The notes under the pieces were generated by a model that saw only the letters and a list, made by a program, of their open reading frames with translations, ran no database searches and was not told the origin of the DNA. A DNA stretch of 64,000 nucleotides from Candidatus Latescibacterota bacterium (GTDB lineage Bacteria; Latescibacterota; UBA2968; GCA-2709665). A program made the position numbers and the translations under genes. The stretch is from positions 32,001 through 96,000 of the forward strand of contig CAXXXF010000012.1 of assembly GCA_963667175.2 (NCBI GenBank), given 5' to 3'. Positions 9,030 to 19,094 of the stretch are shown here, piece by piece. Within the stretch, counting starts at the first letter, position 1. Each line of letters starts with the position of its first letter.

Positions 9030-10039
9030 TACGGGCGGCAGAACAACTGGCCCCGAAGGTCGGGTTGACTTCCGCGTGCCGGGCGCTGGGTGTGGCGCGG
9101 GCATCGGTCTACCGTGCGCGTCAGCCAGCCCAACGCGGGCCTCGTGGCGCCCGGTCCTCGTCGCCACGTGCGCTTTCCCAAAACGAGCGCGCTACCGTGC
9201 TGGACATCCTGCACGAGGACCGCTTCGTAGACCAGGCGCCACCGGCAGTCTACGCCGCGCTGCTCGAGGAAGGGCGGTATGTCTGCTCGATCCGGACCAT
9301 GTACCGTCTGCTGCACGATGCAGGAGAGGTGCCCCAGCGGCGACACCAGCGGCGTCATCCACGTCTGGAACCGCCCCGCTTGATGGCGGATGCGCCCAAC
9401 CAGGTCTGGACATGGGATATCACGCGGCTGCCAGGAACCCGCAAGTGGGAAACCTATCCCCTCTACGTCGTACTGGATCTGTTCTCACGCTATGTCGTGG
9501 CCTGGATGGTCGCCACAAGAGAAAGCGCCACATACGCCAAGCGCCTGATCACCAACGCCTGCAACAAGCAGGGCATTCAACCCCGACAACTGACGCTGCA
9601 CCAGGACCGCGGCGCACCCATGACAGCCAAGACGTTTTCGCAGTTGCTGATGGACCTCGACATCCTGGCCAGCTACGCTCGACCCCGCGTCTCCGATGAC
9701 AACCCGTATTCCGAAAGCCAGTTCAAGACGCTCAAATACGCGCCTTCATACCCCGGGCGCTTCACCGGTCCGCAAGAAGCCCGTACCTATTTACAGACCT
9801 TCTTTTCCTGGTACAACACGCAACACCGGCACAGTGGACTGGGCTTACTCACGCCCGACACCGTCCACCATGGGCTCACACAGCAGGTGCAAGCCGCCAG
9901 ACAATCGGTGCTGGATCAGGCTTATCACAACCACCCTGAACGATTTGTTAAGGGGCATCCTCGACCACCACACGTTCCGGACCAAGTCTGGATTAACCAA
10001 CCACAGAACACCATCGAATGCCAACAACTGCTACACTAA
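9026..10039 (+). CDS. IS3-family transposase OrfB (DDE)
   Basis: PNQVWTWDIT, LHQDRG, DNPYSESQFKTLK, WYNTQHRHSGL; ATGA overlap with orfA. Confidence 0.9.
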   Translation: MIRAAEQLAPKVGLTSACRALGVARASVYRARQPAQRGPRGARSSSPRALSQNERATVLDILHEDRFVDQAPPAVYAALLEEGRYVCSIRTMYRLLHDAGEVPQRRHQRRHPRLEPPRLMADAPNQVWTWDITRLPGTRKWETYPLYVVLDLFSRYVVAWMVATRESATYAKRLITNACNKQGIQPRQLTLHQDRGAPMTAKTFSQLLMDLDILASYARPRVSDDNPYSESQFKTLKYAPSYPGRFTGPQEARTYLQTFFSWYNTQHRHSGLGLLTPDTVHHGLTQQVQAARQSVLDQAYHNHPERFVKGHPRPPHVPDQVWINQPQNTIECQQLLH

Positions 10040-10188
10040 ACCCCAACGGGAGGTGTCTCATTTCTATTGACACGTTCCGGGTATCCGATCAGGAAATGCA
10101 TCGGTCTCTCGTTCCCGATAACGCCTGGCTTCCACCCAAGGACTCCATGATCCCTGCCGGTTCGCGTCGTGTTTATTGACACGTTCTG

Positions 10189-12288
10189 TCATGATCTCCG
10201 GCCCTGGTGCAAGGCCACATATTTACGCTCAAATGTATCAAGGCGCTTGCTAAGAATTCGATCAACATAGCTCCGCCTTTTGGTTATGGGACTTCGTGCC
10301 TTCCTTAAACACCTTGCGAATACAACTGTAGGTATCGTCATCACGAGTGTTTCGTGTTGGTCCCAAAACTCCTTGACCCACGCTCGCACCTTTTGACTTA
10401 ACCCCTCCGCGTCGCTACGGTGAACAATGATAACAAAGCGTCCGTATTGCCTGCCAGAGTATGACAATGATTGACGGAAGTCGTCAATGGAGAGATCCTC
10501 AAAGTTTTTTAACTCGAACACGATGTGTCTTGATTTGTAGTCATCAAGTACCCGCTTCCAGAATCCGCTCTCGGCATTGTTCGTCGCAACTACATCCCGC
10601 CGCTGTACACCGCCGGTGGTCGGGTGCAGTTCGAAGTTTTTCAGTTGGCCAGAAAACAGGATTCTGCAGGTACGCAACGTCCAGTTCTCGAAATCTGATG
10701 CTCCATCTCGTCCATGTCGAACATCCGTAAGATCTGCAACCAACTGTCCAAGCCGCCGATTTCTCAGTGCCGGCGCGGTATCGGAGGGCCTTATCTCGTA
10801 GTCATCGTGGATCTCCAAAAGAACATCAGTGGAAACATCTGCCTCGCGAATATCCAAAGCCTTCCAGTAGCAGGGATGCACCGCTACGCGTCTGTTCCCT
10901 GGCAAGTCCGATATACTAGACCGAGCTCCGTCGTGACAGAATCGCACGGCATTCGTCGCCGTCTCAATTAATCCCACGAGTCCGATGCTATATAGCGCGT
11001 CCAGTACTTGCGAACCATTGCCCAATATTGCGATGTCCCCAGACTGGGGTTGAGAATAGTCTAGTCTCTCAACTAGATTCTGAAGACCAATTTTAATGGA
11101 ATCAAGTGTCTGGAAAGCCTCACCTCCCACGAGGTGATCAATAACGATGCTCAAGCCAGGAAACACGCCCTCGTATTCTTTCCTCAAATCTGTAAGTCTA
11201 TCCAACGAAACTTGCTTCGAGGTGATCTGGATGTCGTCCTCAATGATGTCTTTTCTACCAGTGCGGTCGGCCCTGACGGCTGCGCTATTCAACAGTACCA
11301 ACAGGTCTCTCGGCCTGTACAGTGTGTGTTGGAGACAGCGCTGAAACCCTTCTCGACCACTTAGTCCCCTGTGAGCAAAACGATTCCAAACGCGGACATT
11401 GCTCTCTATATCTTGCAAATCAAGAACAACCCGCAACCGATTGGTGACGAAGTTAAACAAGGAGTCTTCATCCCAGTGAAGTCGCAGGGTGTTTCCTTCA
11501 ATATGGCGGGAGTAGTCGCTATCCTGGGCTGCCAGTGATCTGAAGATATTGTCTCGAATAAAGACCTGACCCTGTACGGGCAAGTCAGCGTCCTTGAAGC
11601 CGGAAATCGCAATTGCTAGCCCGCCAAGAATACCGATTGAGATAGTATCAGTGCTCCAGCCCTCATCAAGGCCGTCGAAAAGGAACACACACCGAGATCC
11701 GGTACTCTCCAGACCATTCCTGACTACCTGCTCCAATGTACTTAGTTCGAAAGTGGAAGCGATTAGAGCTGGCAACTCGTCAGGCGAGGAACAAGCCTTC
11801 AACACCTCATTAAGCAGAGCGTGACATCGCTGTAGTTCATTGAGTTTCAGAATGTTTTTTCGCTTCGTGAGGTACGCATTAAGGATCCCATAATCTCGAG
11901 TTGCATTGAACTTCCAGTGACTGCACAGATCGGAGGCGACGGTGAAAAGCACCGAAACTCTCCACAGTACTCTCGATGCAGAACGAACATGCTCATATGA
12001 ATCAAGACGGAGTTTGCGGATGAGTTTCAGAAATATGAGCGAATCGTGCTCTTCGGGTTTCACAGAGTGCGTAATCGATCGTTTATCATGAGACCATTCA
12101 GAGATTAGTCTGAGATAGAGCGCCGTTTTACCTGTACCACGGCGACCCACAATGAAATTGAAGTCGTCTGTATTCTTAAGGGCAAGATAGTCGCTTGTTT
12201 CGACAAAGGCCTCTCCGAGCATACGCTTATCCGCCTCGGCTCGCGCTGAACCAAGGATGTTTCCTGAAACCTGCTTGCGTTGACTCAT
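10189..12288 (-). CDS. P-loop ATPase (Sll1717/FunZ-like) fused to a C-terminal restriction-endonuclease-like domain
   Basis: RAEAD..ML, GRRGTGKT, FDGLDEGW, TLYRPRDL; C-term FENW...RRDVV...FELKN (PD-(D/E)XK-like); visibly lower GC. Confidence 0.7.
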   Translation of the reverse strand: MSQRKQVSGNILGSARAEADKRMLGEAFVETSDYLALKNTDDFNFIVGRRGTGKTALYLRLISEWSHDKRSITHSVKPEEHDSLIFLKLIRKLRLDSYEHVRSASRVLWRVSVLFTVASDLCSHWKFNATRDYGILNAYLTKRKNILKLNELQRCHALLNEVLKACSSPDELPALIASTFELSTLEQVVRNGLESTGSRCVFLFDGLDEGWSTDTISIGILGGLAIAISGFKDADLPVQGQVFIRDNIFRSLAAQDSDYSRHIEGNTLRLHWDEDSLFNFVTNRLRVVLDLQDIESNVRVWNRFAHRGLSGREGFQRCLQHTLYRPRDLLVLLNSAAVRADRTGRKDIIEDDIQITSKQVSLDRLTDLRKEYEGVFPGLSIVIDHLVGGEAFQTLDSIKIGLQNLVERLDYSQPQSGDIAILGNGSQVLDALYSIGLVGLIETATNAVRFCHDGARSSISDLPGNRRVAVHPCYWKALDIREADVSTDVLLEIHDDYEIRPSDTAPALRNRRLGQLVADLTDVRHGRDGASDFENWTLRTCRILFSGQLKNFELHPTTGGVQRRDVVATNNAESGFWKRVLDDYKSRHIVFELKNFEDLSIDDFRQSLSYSGRQYGRFVIIVHRSDAEGLSQKVRAWVKEFWDQHETLVMTIPTVVFARCLRKARSPITKRRSYVDRILSKRLDTFERKYVALHQGRRS

Positions 12289-12357
12289 GTGCGGAACCCT
12301 TAATCAGGACTGATTGTAAGACGAAATCATAACACCTGCCAGTTTTTTGCTGCTTAG

Positions 12358-12571
12358 CCTCAATTCGAAAAAAGACAACCGTTAAATTCGCCAAAAAAAC
12401 ACAAAAAGGCACAAAGGGTATCGCTGCGAAACGAACCGAAAAGGTCGTCCGGAAGGACGTTTATTCCGTTCGCCTCCAGTGACCTGAAGGTTCGTGGAAA
12501 TCCGACGTCAAATCGCCTTGATTCACCTGCGTTTATTCGAATGAACGTTCCCGAAGAACTACGAATCAAGG
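12358..12571. mobile_element. MITE family A, copy 2
   Basis: CCTCAATTCG...CGAATCAAGG with TTAG duplication; colinear with 2324..2536. Confidence 0.8.
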
Positions 12572-12694
12572 TTAGAATCTATAAAGTACTTGCGATCCAG
12601 GTAGGATTTTTCCAAGGGTTCTTCGGGCATATGCCGATCCCTCGCTGTAGTGAGTTTGTTGCGCCGGCAAATGATCTAACTCATCGCTGTGTAC

Positions 12695-13891
12695 TCATCG
12701 TAAGTTCTCGAAAAGAGTCCCTGAGAAGGCGTGTTGCAGAAGACCTGAAAACAACGAACTCATTTTTTTCTGAGCCAAGACGGTTTCGGCCAAAGCCGTC
12801 TTGGTCGCTCGCACGTGTACGGAGAATTCTTCCTGAAGTGCGAAAGGCGGAACAGGAATCTGTAGGGCTTTTAGCTTTACGCCGGTTAAATGTGAAAATG
12901 TCACCTTGGAGGCGGCGTCCAGCAAAGCGCCGCGCTGCGCCAACAACAGAAATAGAAATACGATATACTCAGAAGTCGCAGTGCTCGGAAAGGGACGTGC
13001 ACGATGGAGGGCTTTTTGGAAGTAGCACTCCGGTAACTCGTCATTCCAAATAGCGCAACGACCAACCTCTCCACCTTCACAGATCAGGACGTCTCCCTTC
13101 CTTAGTCTGAATTCATCGCGGTCTGCCTCGTCGAAGTCCATCTCAAGAACTTCGCGAAGGTCCAACCGATCCCAATAAACATTCGCATTCCTAAGATAAA
13201 AACGTCGATGTCGGCCAGTCTGCTGTTTTTGATCCAGCATCTTGCCAAGGCGGGATTCACAGATACTGTCAAAGCGCTTGAATGGCCACCCCATCGGATT
13301 CGTCGCGGGATCGCCGAACATCCTGATGAAAAGCGCTGGCAGAATGCACGCGCCTTTGGCATTGGCTTTGGCGCGGAGGCGGCGGAGGCGGTCGGCCTGA
13401 TCGAGAATGTCGACGATGCGGCGCTGCTCGGACAGAGGCGGAAGGGGGATTTCGAGCCTTTTGACATCGCTATCCGAAACCGCTGGGTAGTTCGCACCCC
13501 TTACGCTGGACGTCAAACTTGCGATAAACTCAGGTGCAAGTGTGCGGTAAAACAAATAACGAGGTTCTATGACCCGGCGCTTCGGGCGCAGGACACAAAA
13601 TCCGGTCGACGCAACTTGGCCGTCGAGATGCTCGGGTACCATTGCGACCGCGTTGAGGTTCGGCCGAACGGTCGAAACCAGTATGTCATCCTTACGGATG
13701 TCTTTTCGCGCACGACTTGGAGCGTTTACACCAAGTATGGTTTGGTATTCTGAAATCGTCTTGTGAATGCGGTCGATTCCCGCGATATCGACGTAATGGA
13801 ATTCGCGTGAGGGGACCCGGCGCGGATCGAATTGCCCAGTCGGTTCACAGACGTCAGCGATCGTTGCGGTATCCCATATCATCACCCGCAC
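12695..13891 (-). CDS. hsdS: Type I R-M specificity subunit
   Basis: Two target recognition domains with conserved IPLPPLSEQRRIV and IPVPPFALQEEF repeats; FGDP linker. Confidence 0.92.
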   Translation of the reverse strand: MRVMIWDTATIADVCEPTGQFDPRRVPSREFHYVDIAGIDRIHKTISEYQTILGVNAPSRARKDIRKDDILVSTVRPNLNAVAMVPEHLDGQVASTGFCVLRPKRRVIEPRYLFYRTLAPEFIASLTSSVRGANYPAVSDSDVKRLEIPLPPLSEQRRIVDILDQADRLRRLRAKANAKGACILPALFIRMFGDPATNPMGWPFKRFDSICESRLGKMLDQKQQTGRHRRFYLRNANVYWDRLDLREVLEMDFDEADRDEFRLRKGDVLICEGGEVGRCAIWNDELPECYFQKALHRARPFPSTATSEYIVFLFLLLAQRGALLDAASKVTFSHLTGVKLKALQIPVPPFALQEEFSVHVRATKTALAETVLAQKKMSSLFSGLLQHAFSGTLFENLR

Positions 13892-14104
13892 TCCCCTTCG
13901 TCAGACTGCAGCACGATCTCATCCCACATTGTTTCTACGAGCCTGAGGGATTCCTGTCGATTGATCGGCTCGGCATCCGGGCAAGACTCGGGTAACGAGA
14001 CTCGACGGCGTACGGCGTGTATTCGGATTGTGCGTGAATCCGAGCGCGGTGATATCGCGGTCCGCCACCCGAAACAGCATCCTGGCACACTTAGCGTCGC
14101 TCAT
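13882..14104 (-). pseudogene. HEPN toxin 5' fragment joined to a fragment resembling an addiction-module component
   Basis: MSDAKCARMLFRVADRDITAL overlaps the MNT stop and then loses similarity; another frame gives ESLRLVETMWDEI. Confidence 0.55.
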
Positions 14105-14426
14105 AGAGCACCTTGCCCTCCCGCAGCGCCCGCGCCAGCACGTGGTTGAGGGAGTCACGCCAGTAGTCAACATCTTCGCGAGAATAGACAAGGACGTCGG
14201 CTGCGACCGGAAAGCCCGCCACCGCGTGGTAGAGTCTGACCATTTCTCTGTGGCGACTTCGCTTCGGGCCGAAGGGTTCGGCTTCCACGACAACCAGATC
14301 CACGTCCGAATCCTGCCGTTCATCGCCGCGCCCTCGGGAGCCGAAGAGGATCACCTGTTCCGGATCGACTTCGTCGACGATCGCTTGAACCATGTCGTCG
14401 ATTAAAGTGTCGGTAACGTGAGTCAT
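14091..14426 (-). CDS. Minimal nucleotidyltransferase (MNT antitoxin)
   Basis: VILFGSRGRGD...SDVDLVVV; ALREGKVLYER. Confidence 0.9.
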   Translation of the reverse strand: MTHVTDTLIDDMVQAIVDEVDPEQVILFGSRGRGDERQDSDVDLVVVEAEPFGPKRSRHREMVRLYHAVAGFPVAADVLVYSREDVDYWRDSLNHVLARALREGKVLYERR

Positions 14427-14431
14427 CGGTC

Positions 14432-14668
14432 CTAGCCGCGCTTCCACGATTTTCGCAGTTCACGCTGTAATCCAACCGGATCGTCAACCTCTCGAAATGC
14501 CTGAATCTTGCCAGCGAGGCTCATCAGGCGTTGGTTGGACTGCGTGTTTTGTATCTCGTCGTCCTGCAGGTAGACGACGACTCGGGCCTTCCTGCCAAAT
14601 GCTTCACGGAAGTCCTGTGGCAACGTGCCGTCCGCAGGGATCACGATATCTTTGTCAATCGATTTCAC
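14432..14668 (-). CDS. Small antitoxin-like protein (78 aa)
   Basis: GTG start with GGAGG RBS; beta-rich N-terminus and DPVGLQRELRKSW C-terminus resembling PIN-partner antitoxins. Confidence 0.65.
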   Translation of the reverse strand: MKSIDKDIVIPADGTLPQDFREAFGRKARVVVYLQDDEIQNTQSNQRLMSLAGKIQAFREVDDPVGLQRELRKSWKRG

Positions 14669-14746
14669 TGTTTTACCTCCTTTGCATCCCTTCCGGGAGT
14701 TCGGCCAGCAACCTGGAGTCAGTGATGACAATTGCGCTACGTCACA

Positions 14747-14775
14747 AGTATACTGAAACGCGGGAATTGTGTCAA
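14747..14775 (-). promoter_or_regulatory. Near-consensus sigma70 promoter inside the hsd operon
   Basis: TTGACA-17 nt-TATACT on the minus strand. Confidence 0.75.
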
Positions 14776-14826
14776 TGAAGCGGGGATTGTTGACAGGGGA
14801 TACAGCGGGAAGGCAGGCGCGTCGGG

Positions 14827-16473
14827 TTACTTTTCTACCTCTTTTAGCAGCTTCTCCAACCCTTCTGTAATCTTTCGTTCGATCGCCAGCACTTCGCGGA
14901 TGAGTTCGGCCGGATCTTCGTCGGGAACGGGTTCCGCTACACGGGGTTTGTAACGAGAAGCCGCGAGATTGTAGTCGTTCTCGGCGATTGTTTCGTACGA
15001 CGACCACCAGCACGCCGGCTCGTCCGTTCCGGGTTCGAGCAGGGCGTTGGCCGCTTCCCCCGGCGGCTTCTCAAATCGCGACGCCCTGTATTCGCTCCAC
15101 GCCGAAAGCAGGCCGGGGACGTCGTTCTTCTCCGGCGTCTCAGGGCGAACGCCGCCCTGAATCTTGTCGGGATCGTACCCGTCGTTCCCGATCTCATAGA
15201 ACCAGACCCGTCCGGTGGCGGTCTGCCCTTCCTCGAGATCGGACACCGGGCGGCGAAACACGAGAACTGACGTCTTGACGCCTGCGTAGGGTTTGAATAC
15301 GCCCGCGGGCAGCGATACGACGGCCAACAACTCGCACTGCCGCAACAGATTTTCCCGCAGGTCCTTGTGGGCTCGCGTCGAGCCGAAGAGCGCGCCTTCG
15401 GGTACGACCACCGCACAGCGCCCGCCCGGCGCCAGCGAGCGCAGCATCAGACCCAGGAAAAGGAGTTCACTCTTCCGGGACTTCGAAGGCAGGTCCTGGC
15501 GGATCGACTCGCTCGGAATCTGCCCGGCGAACGGCGGATTCGAGAGGATGACGCGATAGCGACGGTTCAGATCGTCTTCCGTAAGACCGCTCATTTCCGA
15601 CAGGACGTTTCCACGCTTGAGATTTGCCCGCCGGATGCCGTGCAGCACCAGGTTCATCATGGAGATCCGCATCATCTGCCGAGATACGTCGGTACCGTAG
15701 ATGGAGGCTTCGAACAAACCCCAATCCGGGATCTTCTCTCCGGCGCCCTTCCGGTAGGTCTGAAGCTTCGGAATCTCTTTCCTGACCTGATCCAGCGTCT
15801 GACCTCGATTCTCGAGCCAGTCCTCGCCGTAGATGGGCACTTCCTGAGACGCTTCGCTGTAGCGTGCGAGGACGTGGTCCACAACGTCGATAAGAAAACC
15901 GGCCGTACCGCATGCCGGGTCGTACACCGTGTCGCCCAAATCGGGATCGACCATCTCCACCATAAAGGCACGGATCTGGCGAGGCGTTCGGAACTGACCG
16001 TTCAGTGCCGACTGACCGAGATGGGTTAGCAAGTACTCGAAGATGTCACCCTTGATGTCCGGGCCGAGCTTGCGGAAATCGATTCCATCAAGTTCGTCAA
16101 CCACCTGTTTCAGCACGTTCGGATCGACGATTTCAAGCACCGCGTCGCGAAAATACTCCGCGACCTGCGGGTCGTCCTTCACCAGCGACGCCATATACGG
16201 AAACACTTCGTCACGGACGAAGTTCCGCAGTTCCTCCCCGCTCTTGAAATGCCAACCGGACCAGCGGAACCGGTCGGTCTGGCCTGGAAACAGACGGGCG
16301 TCATCTCCAGCGCCGAGGCGACCCTGGAGTTCTCGGACGGACTCCTCCTCATCCAGAAGTTTCAGGTAGATGAGGTACGAAATCTGCTCGATGTACGTGA
16401 CCGGATTGGTCACACCGCCCGCCCACAGAATATCCGTGATCCGGTCGAGCTTTCGTCTCAGCGTCTGGTCCAT
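14827..16473 (-). CDS. hsdM: Type I R-M methyltransferase
   Basis: GQFRTPR, DPACGTAGFL, NPPF, LPAGVFKPY. Confidence 0.95.
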   Translation of the reverse strand: MDQTLRRKLDRITDILWAGGVTNPVTYIEQISYLIYLKLLDEEESVRELQGRLGAGDDARLFPGQTDRFRWSGWHFKSGEELRNFVRDEVFPYMASLVKDDPQVAEYFRDAVLEIVDPNVLKQVVDELDGIDFRKLGPDIKGDIFEYLLTHLGQSALNGQFRTPRQIRAFMVEMVDPDLGDTVYDPACGTAGFLIDVVDHVLARYSEASQEVPIYGEDWLENRGQTLDQVRKEIPKLQTYRKGAGEKIPDWGLFEASIYGTDVSRQMMRISMMNLVLHGIRRANLKRGNVLSEMSGLTEDDLNRRYRVILSNPPFAGQIPSESIRQDLPSKSRKSELLFLGLMLRSLAPGGRCAVVVPEGALFGSTRAHKDLRENLLRQCELLAVVSLPAGVFKPYAGVKTSVLVFRRPVSDLEEGQTATGRVWFYEIGNDGYDPDKIQGGVRPETPEKNDVPGLLSAWSEYRASRFEKPPGEAANALLEPGTDEPACWWSSYETIAENDYNLAASRYKPRVAEPVPDEDPAELIREVLAIERKITEGLEKLLKEVEK

Positions 16474-16547
16474 TTTAGCACGTTCTCAAGTCGCCGGGGG
16501 CAATATGGTTGTGGCAGTTGATTTCAGCCACGTATTTTTCTTTTCTT

Positions 16548-16760
16548 GCCCCATTAATTCATAAAATGAAACTTACATGGATGGACGGGATGTACAGGAT
16601 GAAAACCAAAAAGCACGACAAAGGCACGAGAAAACGAGGAACGGCAATGACGGGAATACATGCCTTTGGACGACCTCAACACGCCGTTTCGCAGCCATGC
16701 CCTTTGTGTCTTTTGTGCTTTTTGTGGCTGATTTTTCGGTTGTCTATTTTCGATTTGAGG
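16548..16760. mobile_element. Composite repeat: family C arm (16548-~16650) plus partial family A copy (~16650-16760, reverse orientation, CTAA flank)
   Basis: Left part matches the reverse complement of 25260-25430; right part matches the reverse complement of the family A 5' half. Confidence 0.7.
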
Positions 16761-16767
16761 CTAAGTG

Positions 16768-19077
16768 TCAGCTCGCCGTTCTGAAGACGTCTGCGTCCAG
16801 CCGCTCGACCACCTGCCTGAGTCCGTCCTCGCCGAAGAGTTCGACTCCCTTCCCGGCCGCGTCGAGGATGGATAGCGGGGGTTCGAAGAGGTCGTCGAGG
16901 CGAACGTGACCGGTGGCGATACCCCGGTTCTTGAGCAGGCAGAGATACTCGGCTTGACGTGGCGTGAATGAGCCCGAGACGAGCCAGGCGCGGAAGGATT
17001 CCTCCAGCTTTTCCTCTCGGCTCTTGATGGTCAGCCTGCCGAGGGCGGCGCGAATGAAGTCGATCAGGTTGCCGCCGGGGTCTCCGTAGGCGCGGCGCAG
17101 GTTATCCTCGTTAAAGTAATGTTCGGGGCGATTCAGACGCCGTACGAGTTCCTCCTCCTCCTCCGGAGATAGGGGTTTGTCGTCCCTCACTTTGCCGAGC
17201 AATGGATCGTCGTCCAACCCAACCTGAACCGATTCCTCCCATCGAGTGACGTATTCCGATTTGTCGATGCGCTCTCCCTCGGGGCCCACTTCAATGTAGG
17301 AGACCGCTTCGAGCCACTCATCGTCGAGGCCCAACTCGACAAGCTCGCGAGAAGGGTCCGGAGTCATCGGATCGGCGCCCGGCGCCGGACCGCCACCTGC
17401 GCCCGTGAAGACGTCGGTGTCACTATCGTTGAAGTACTGGTGATTTCTGAAGAAATCGTAAATCACGAACTTTCTCTTCTGAATGTGCGGCGCGGTACGG
17501 GTGCCGCGGCCTCGCATCTGCTGGTAGAGGATCGGACTTCGCACCCGTCGACAAAGCACGAGATGGAGGATCTCCCGGCAGTCGAAGCCGGTGTCCAGCA
17601 TCCCAACGCTCACCGCGATCATCGGATACGTCTCGGTCTTGAACTTCCGAATCAGAGCGTCCGGATCGGCGACGTCGGAAGTGATCACTTCGGCGTATCG
17701 TCCCTTGTCTTCCGGATGCAGTTCGTTGAGAACCTGCGCCAGTCGCGCTGCGTGACGCTTTGTAATCGCGAAAACGATCGATTTTCCGGGGCCGGGATCC
17801 TGACCGGGCGCCAACTCAACATAGCTCTTCCATGCCAACCGGTCGAATTCCCGCATCATGAGCCGGTTCGTCTCCTCGTTGGTCCAGCGGCGCTCGAACG
17901 CTACCGGGTCGTAGCGCTCGTCGTCAACGTCGGCGCCCTCGGCGAGAATCTCGGTGATGCCGGTTGCGAATCGGTACGGCGCCAGGTACTCTTCGCGAAA
18001 CGCATCCTTGATCGAATAGGCAAAGTTGGGGCTGCCCTGTTCGCATTGATAAAAGTCGTAGGTGTTGCGTTCGATGCAGGCGGCCGGTGTCGCGGTAAGG
18101 CCGACGTGGAAAGCCTCGAATCCGGTGAGCGCCGCCTGCCATGCGCCGTAGATGGAGCGATGGCACTCGTCGGCGATGACGACGTCGAAGTAGCCTGACG
18201 TATACGCTTCCATGCGTCCGATCATGGTCTGAAGCAATGCCACCGTGATCTGCTGTTCCTGCCTCGCCATCCCGGGGCGCAGCCAGTAACTCGGGTAAAC
18301 CGCAAGAATATCCTGGATCGCTTCCAGGGCTTGCTTTGCCAGTTGCTCCCGGTCCACCAGAAAGAGCACACGTTCGGCCCAGCCGGCGTCGAACAGTCGT
18401 TTGAGGTAAAGGCAAATGAGATCCGTCTTCCCCGTACCCGTCGGGAGTTCGATCAGGAATCGGCGCTTCCCCAGTTCCATCGCGTGGTCGAGCGCCTTCA
18501 TTGCCTCGACCTGATAGGGCCGCACCGTGCGGGTCTCGCCCTGGCGGATGTAATGCTCGGGAATCTCCACCGTCGCCAGGGCACGCCGGCCTGCGCGCAT
18601 CGTGACCGTGCGTTCGAGGTCGCGTCGCGAAAAGAAGCCGGTGATGGGGCGGGCGTCGGCGTTCCCGTAGTCCCAGAAGTATATCAGCTCGCCGTTGGTC
18701 AGAAAGATGAACGGGGCGCCGAGCGCCTTTGCGTAGGGCAACGCCTGCTGCCTGGCAACGTAGGGGTTGATGGCGTTTTTCTTCGCCTCGATCACCGCAA
18801 GCGGACGGCCGCGACCGTCGTAGAGGACGTAATCCGCGCGCCCGCGCGTCGAGCCAGTTGTGCCGGCGGGCTCGCCCTCCGATTCATCGGTCACTGCGGA
18901 CGAATCGCCGTATCCGTCAGCCGACTCTCTTGCGACAATGGCTTCTGACAGATGGACCTCCGCACGCACCATCGACTTGTCCGCGGGGTCCCATCCGGCT
19001 TGCCGCAGCAGATCGTCGATCGCGATGCGGGCGTCCGCCTCGCTTCCGGTCACATTCACTTGTGATTTCTGTGCCAT
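16768..19077 (-). CDS. hsdR: Type I restriction subunit (EcoEI-like)
   Basis: ADYVL...IEAKK nuclease motif, PTGTGKT, DECHR, TAT, QMRGRGTR. Confidence 0.93.
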   Translation of the reverse strand: MAQKSQVNVTGSEADARIAIDDLLRQAGWDPADKSMVRAEVHLSEAIVARESADGYGDSSAVTDESEGEPAGTTGSTRGRADYVLYDGRGRPLAVIEAKKNAINPYVARQQALPYAKALGAPFIFLTNGELIYFWDYGNADARPITGFFSRRDLERTVTMRAGRRALATVEIPEHYIRQGETRTVRPYQVEAMKALDHAMELGKRRFLIELPTGTGKTDLICLYLKRLFDAGWAERVLFLVDREQLAKQALEAIQDILAVYPSYWLRPGMARQEQQITVALLQTMIGRMEAYTSGYFDVVIADECHRSIYGAWQAALTGFEAFHVGLTATPAACIERNTYDFYQCEQGSPNFAYSIKDAFREEYLAPYRFATGITEILAEGADVDDERYDPVAFERRWTNEETNRLMMREFDRLAWKSYVELAPGQDPGPGKSIVFAITKRHAARLAQVLNELHPEDKGRYAEVITSDVADPDALIRKFKTETYPMIAVSVGMLDTGFDCREILHLVLCRRVRSPILYQQMRGRGTRTAPHIQKRKFVIYDFFRNHQYFNDSDTDVFTGAGGGPAPGADPMTPDPSRELVELGLDDEWLEAVSYIEVGPEGERIDKSEYVTRWEESVQVGLDDDPLLGKVRDDKPLSPEEEEELVRRLNRPEHYFNEDNLRRAYGDPGGNLIDFIRAALGRLTIKSREEKLEESFRAWLVSGSFTPRQAEYLCLLKNRGIATGHVRLDDLFEPPLSILDAAGKGVELFGEDGLRQVVERLDADVFRTAS

Positions 19078-19094
19078 AGAGACAGTTAATATAG

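Larger units (their letters stand above)
8471..10079 (+). mobile_element. IS3-family insertion sequence (ends approximate)
   Basis: orfA/orfB pair; imperfect inverted repeats ACGTGCCAATATAGGGTGAGACAACTCCC (8488-) and GGGAGGTGTCTCATTTCTATTGACACGT (-10075). Confidence 0.85.

Noticed and set aside
12290-12640. Small gene MPEEPLEK... split by MITE-A
   Set aside because: The reconstructed frame has no recognisable similarity and runs out of frame into the next gene; insufficient support
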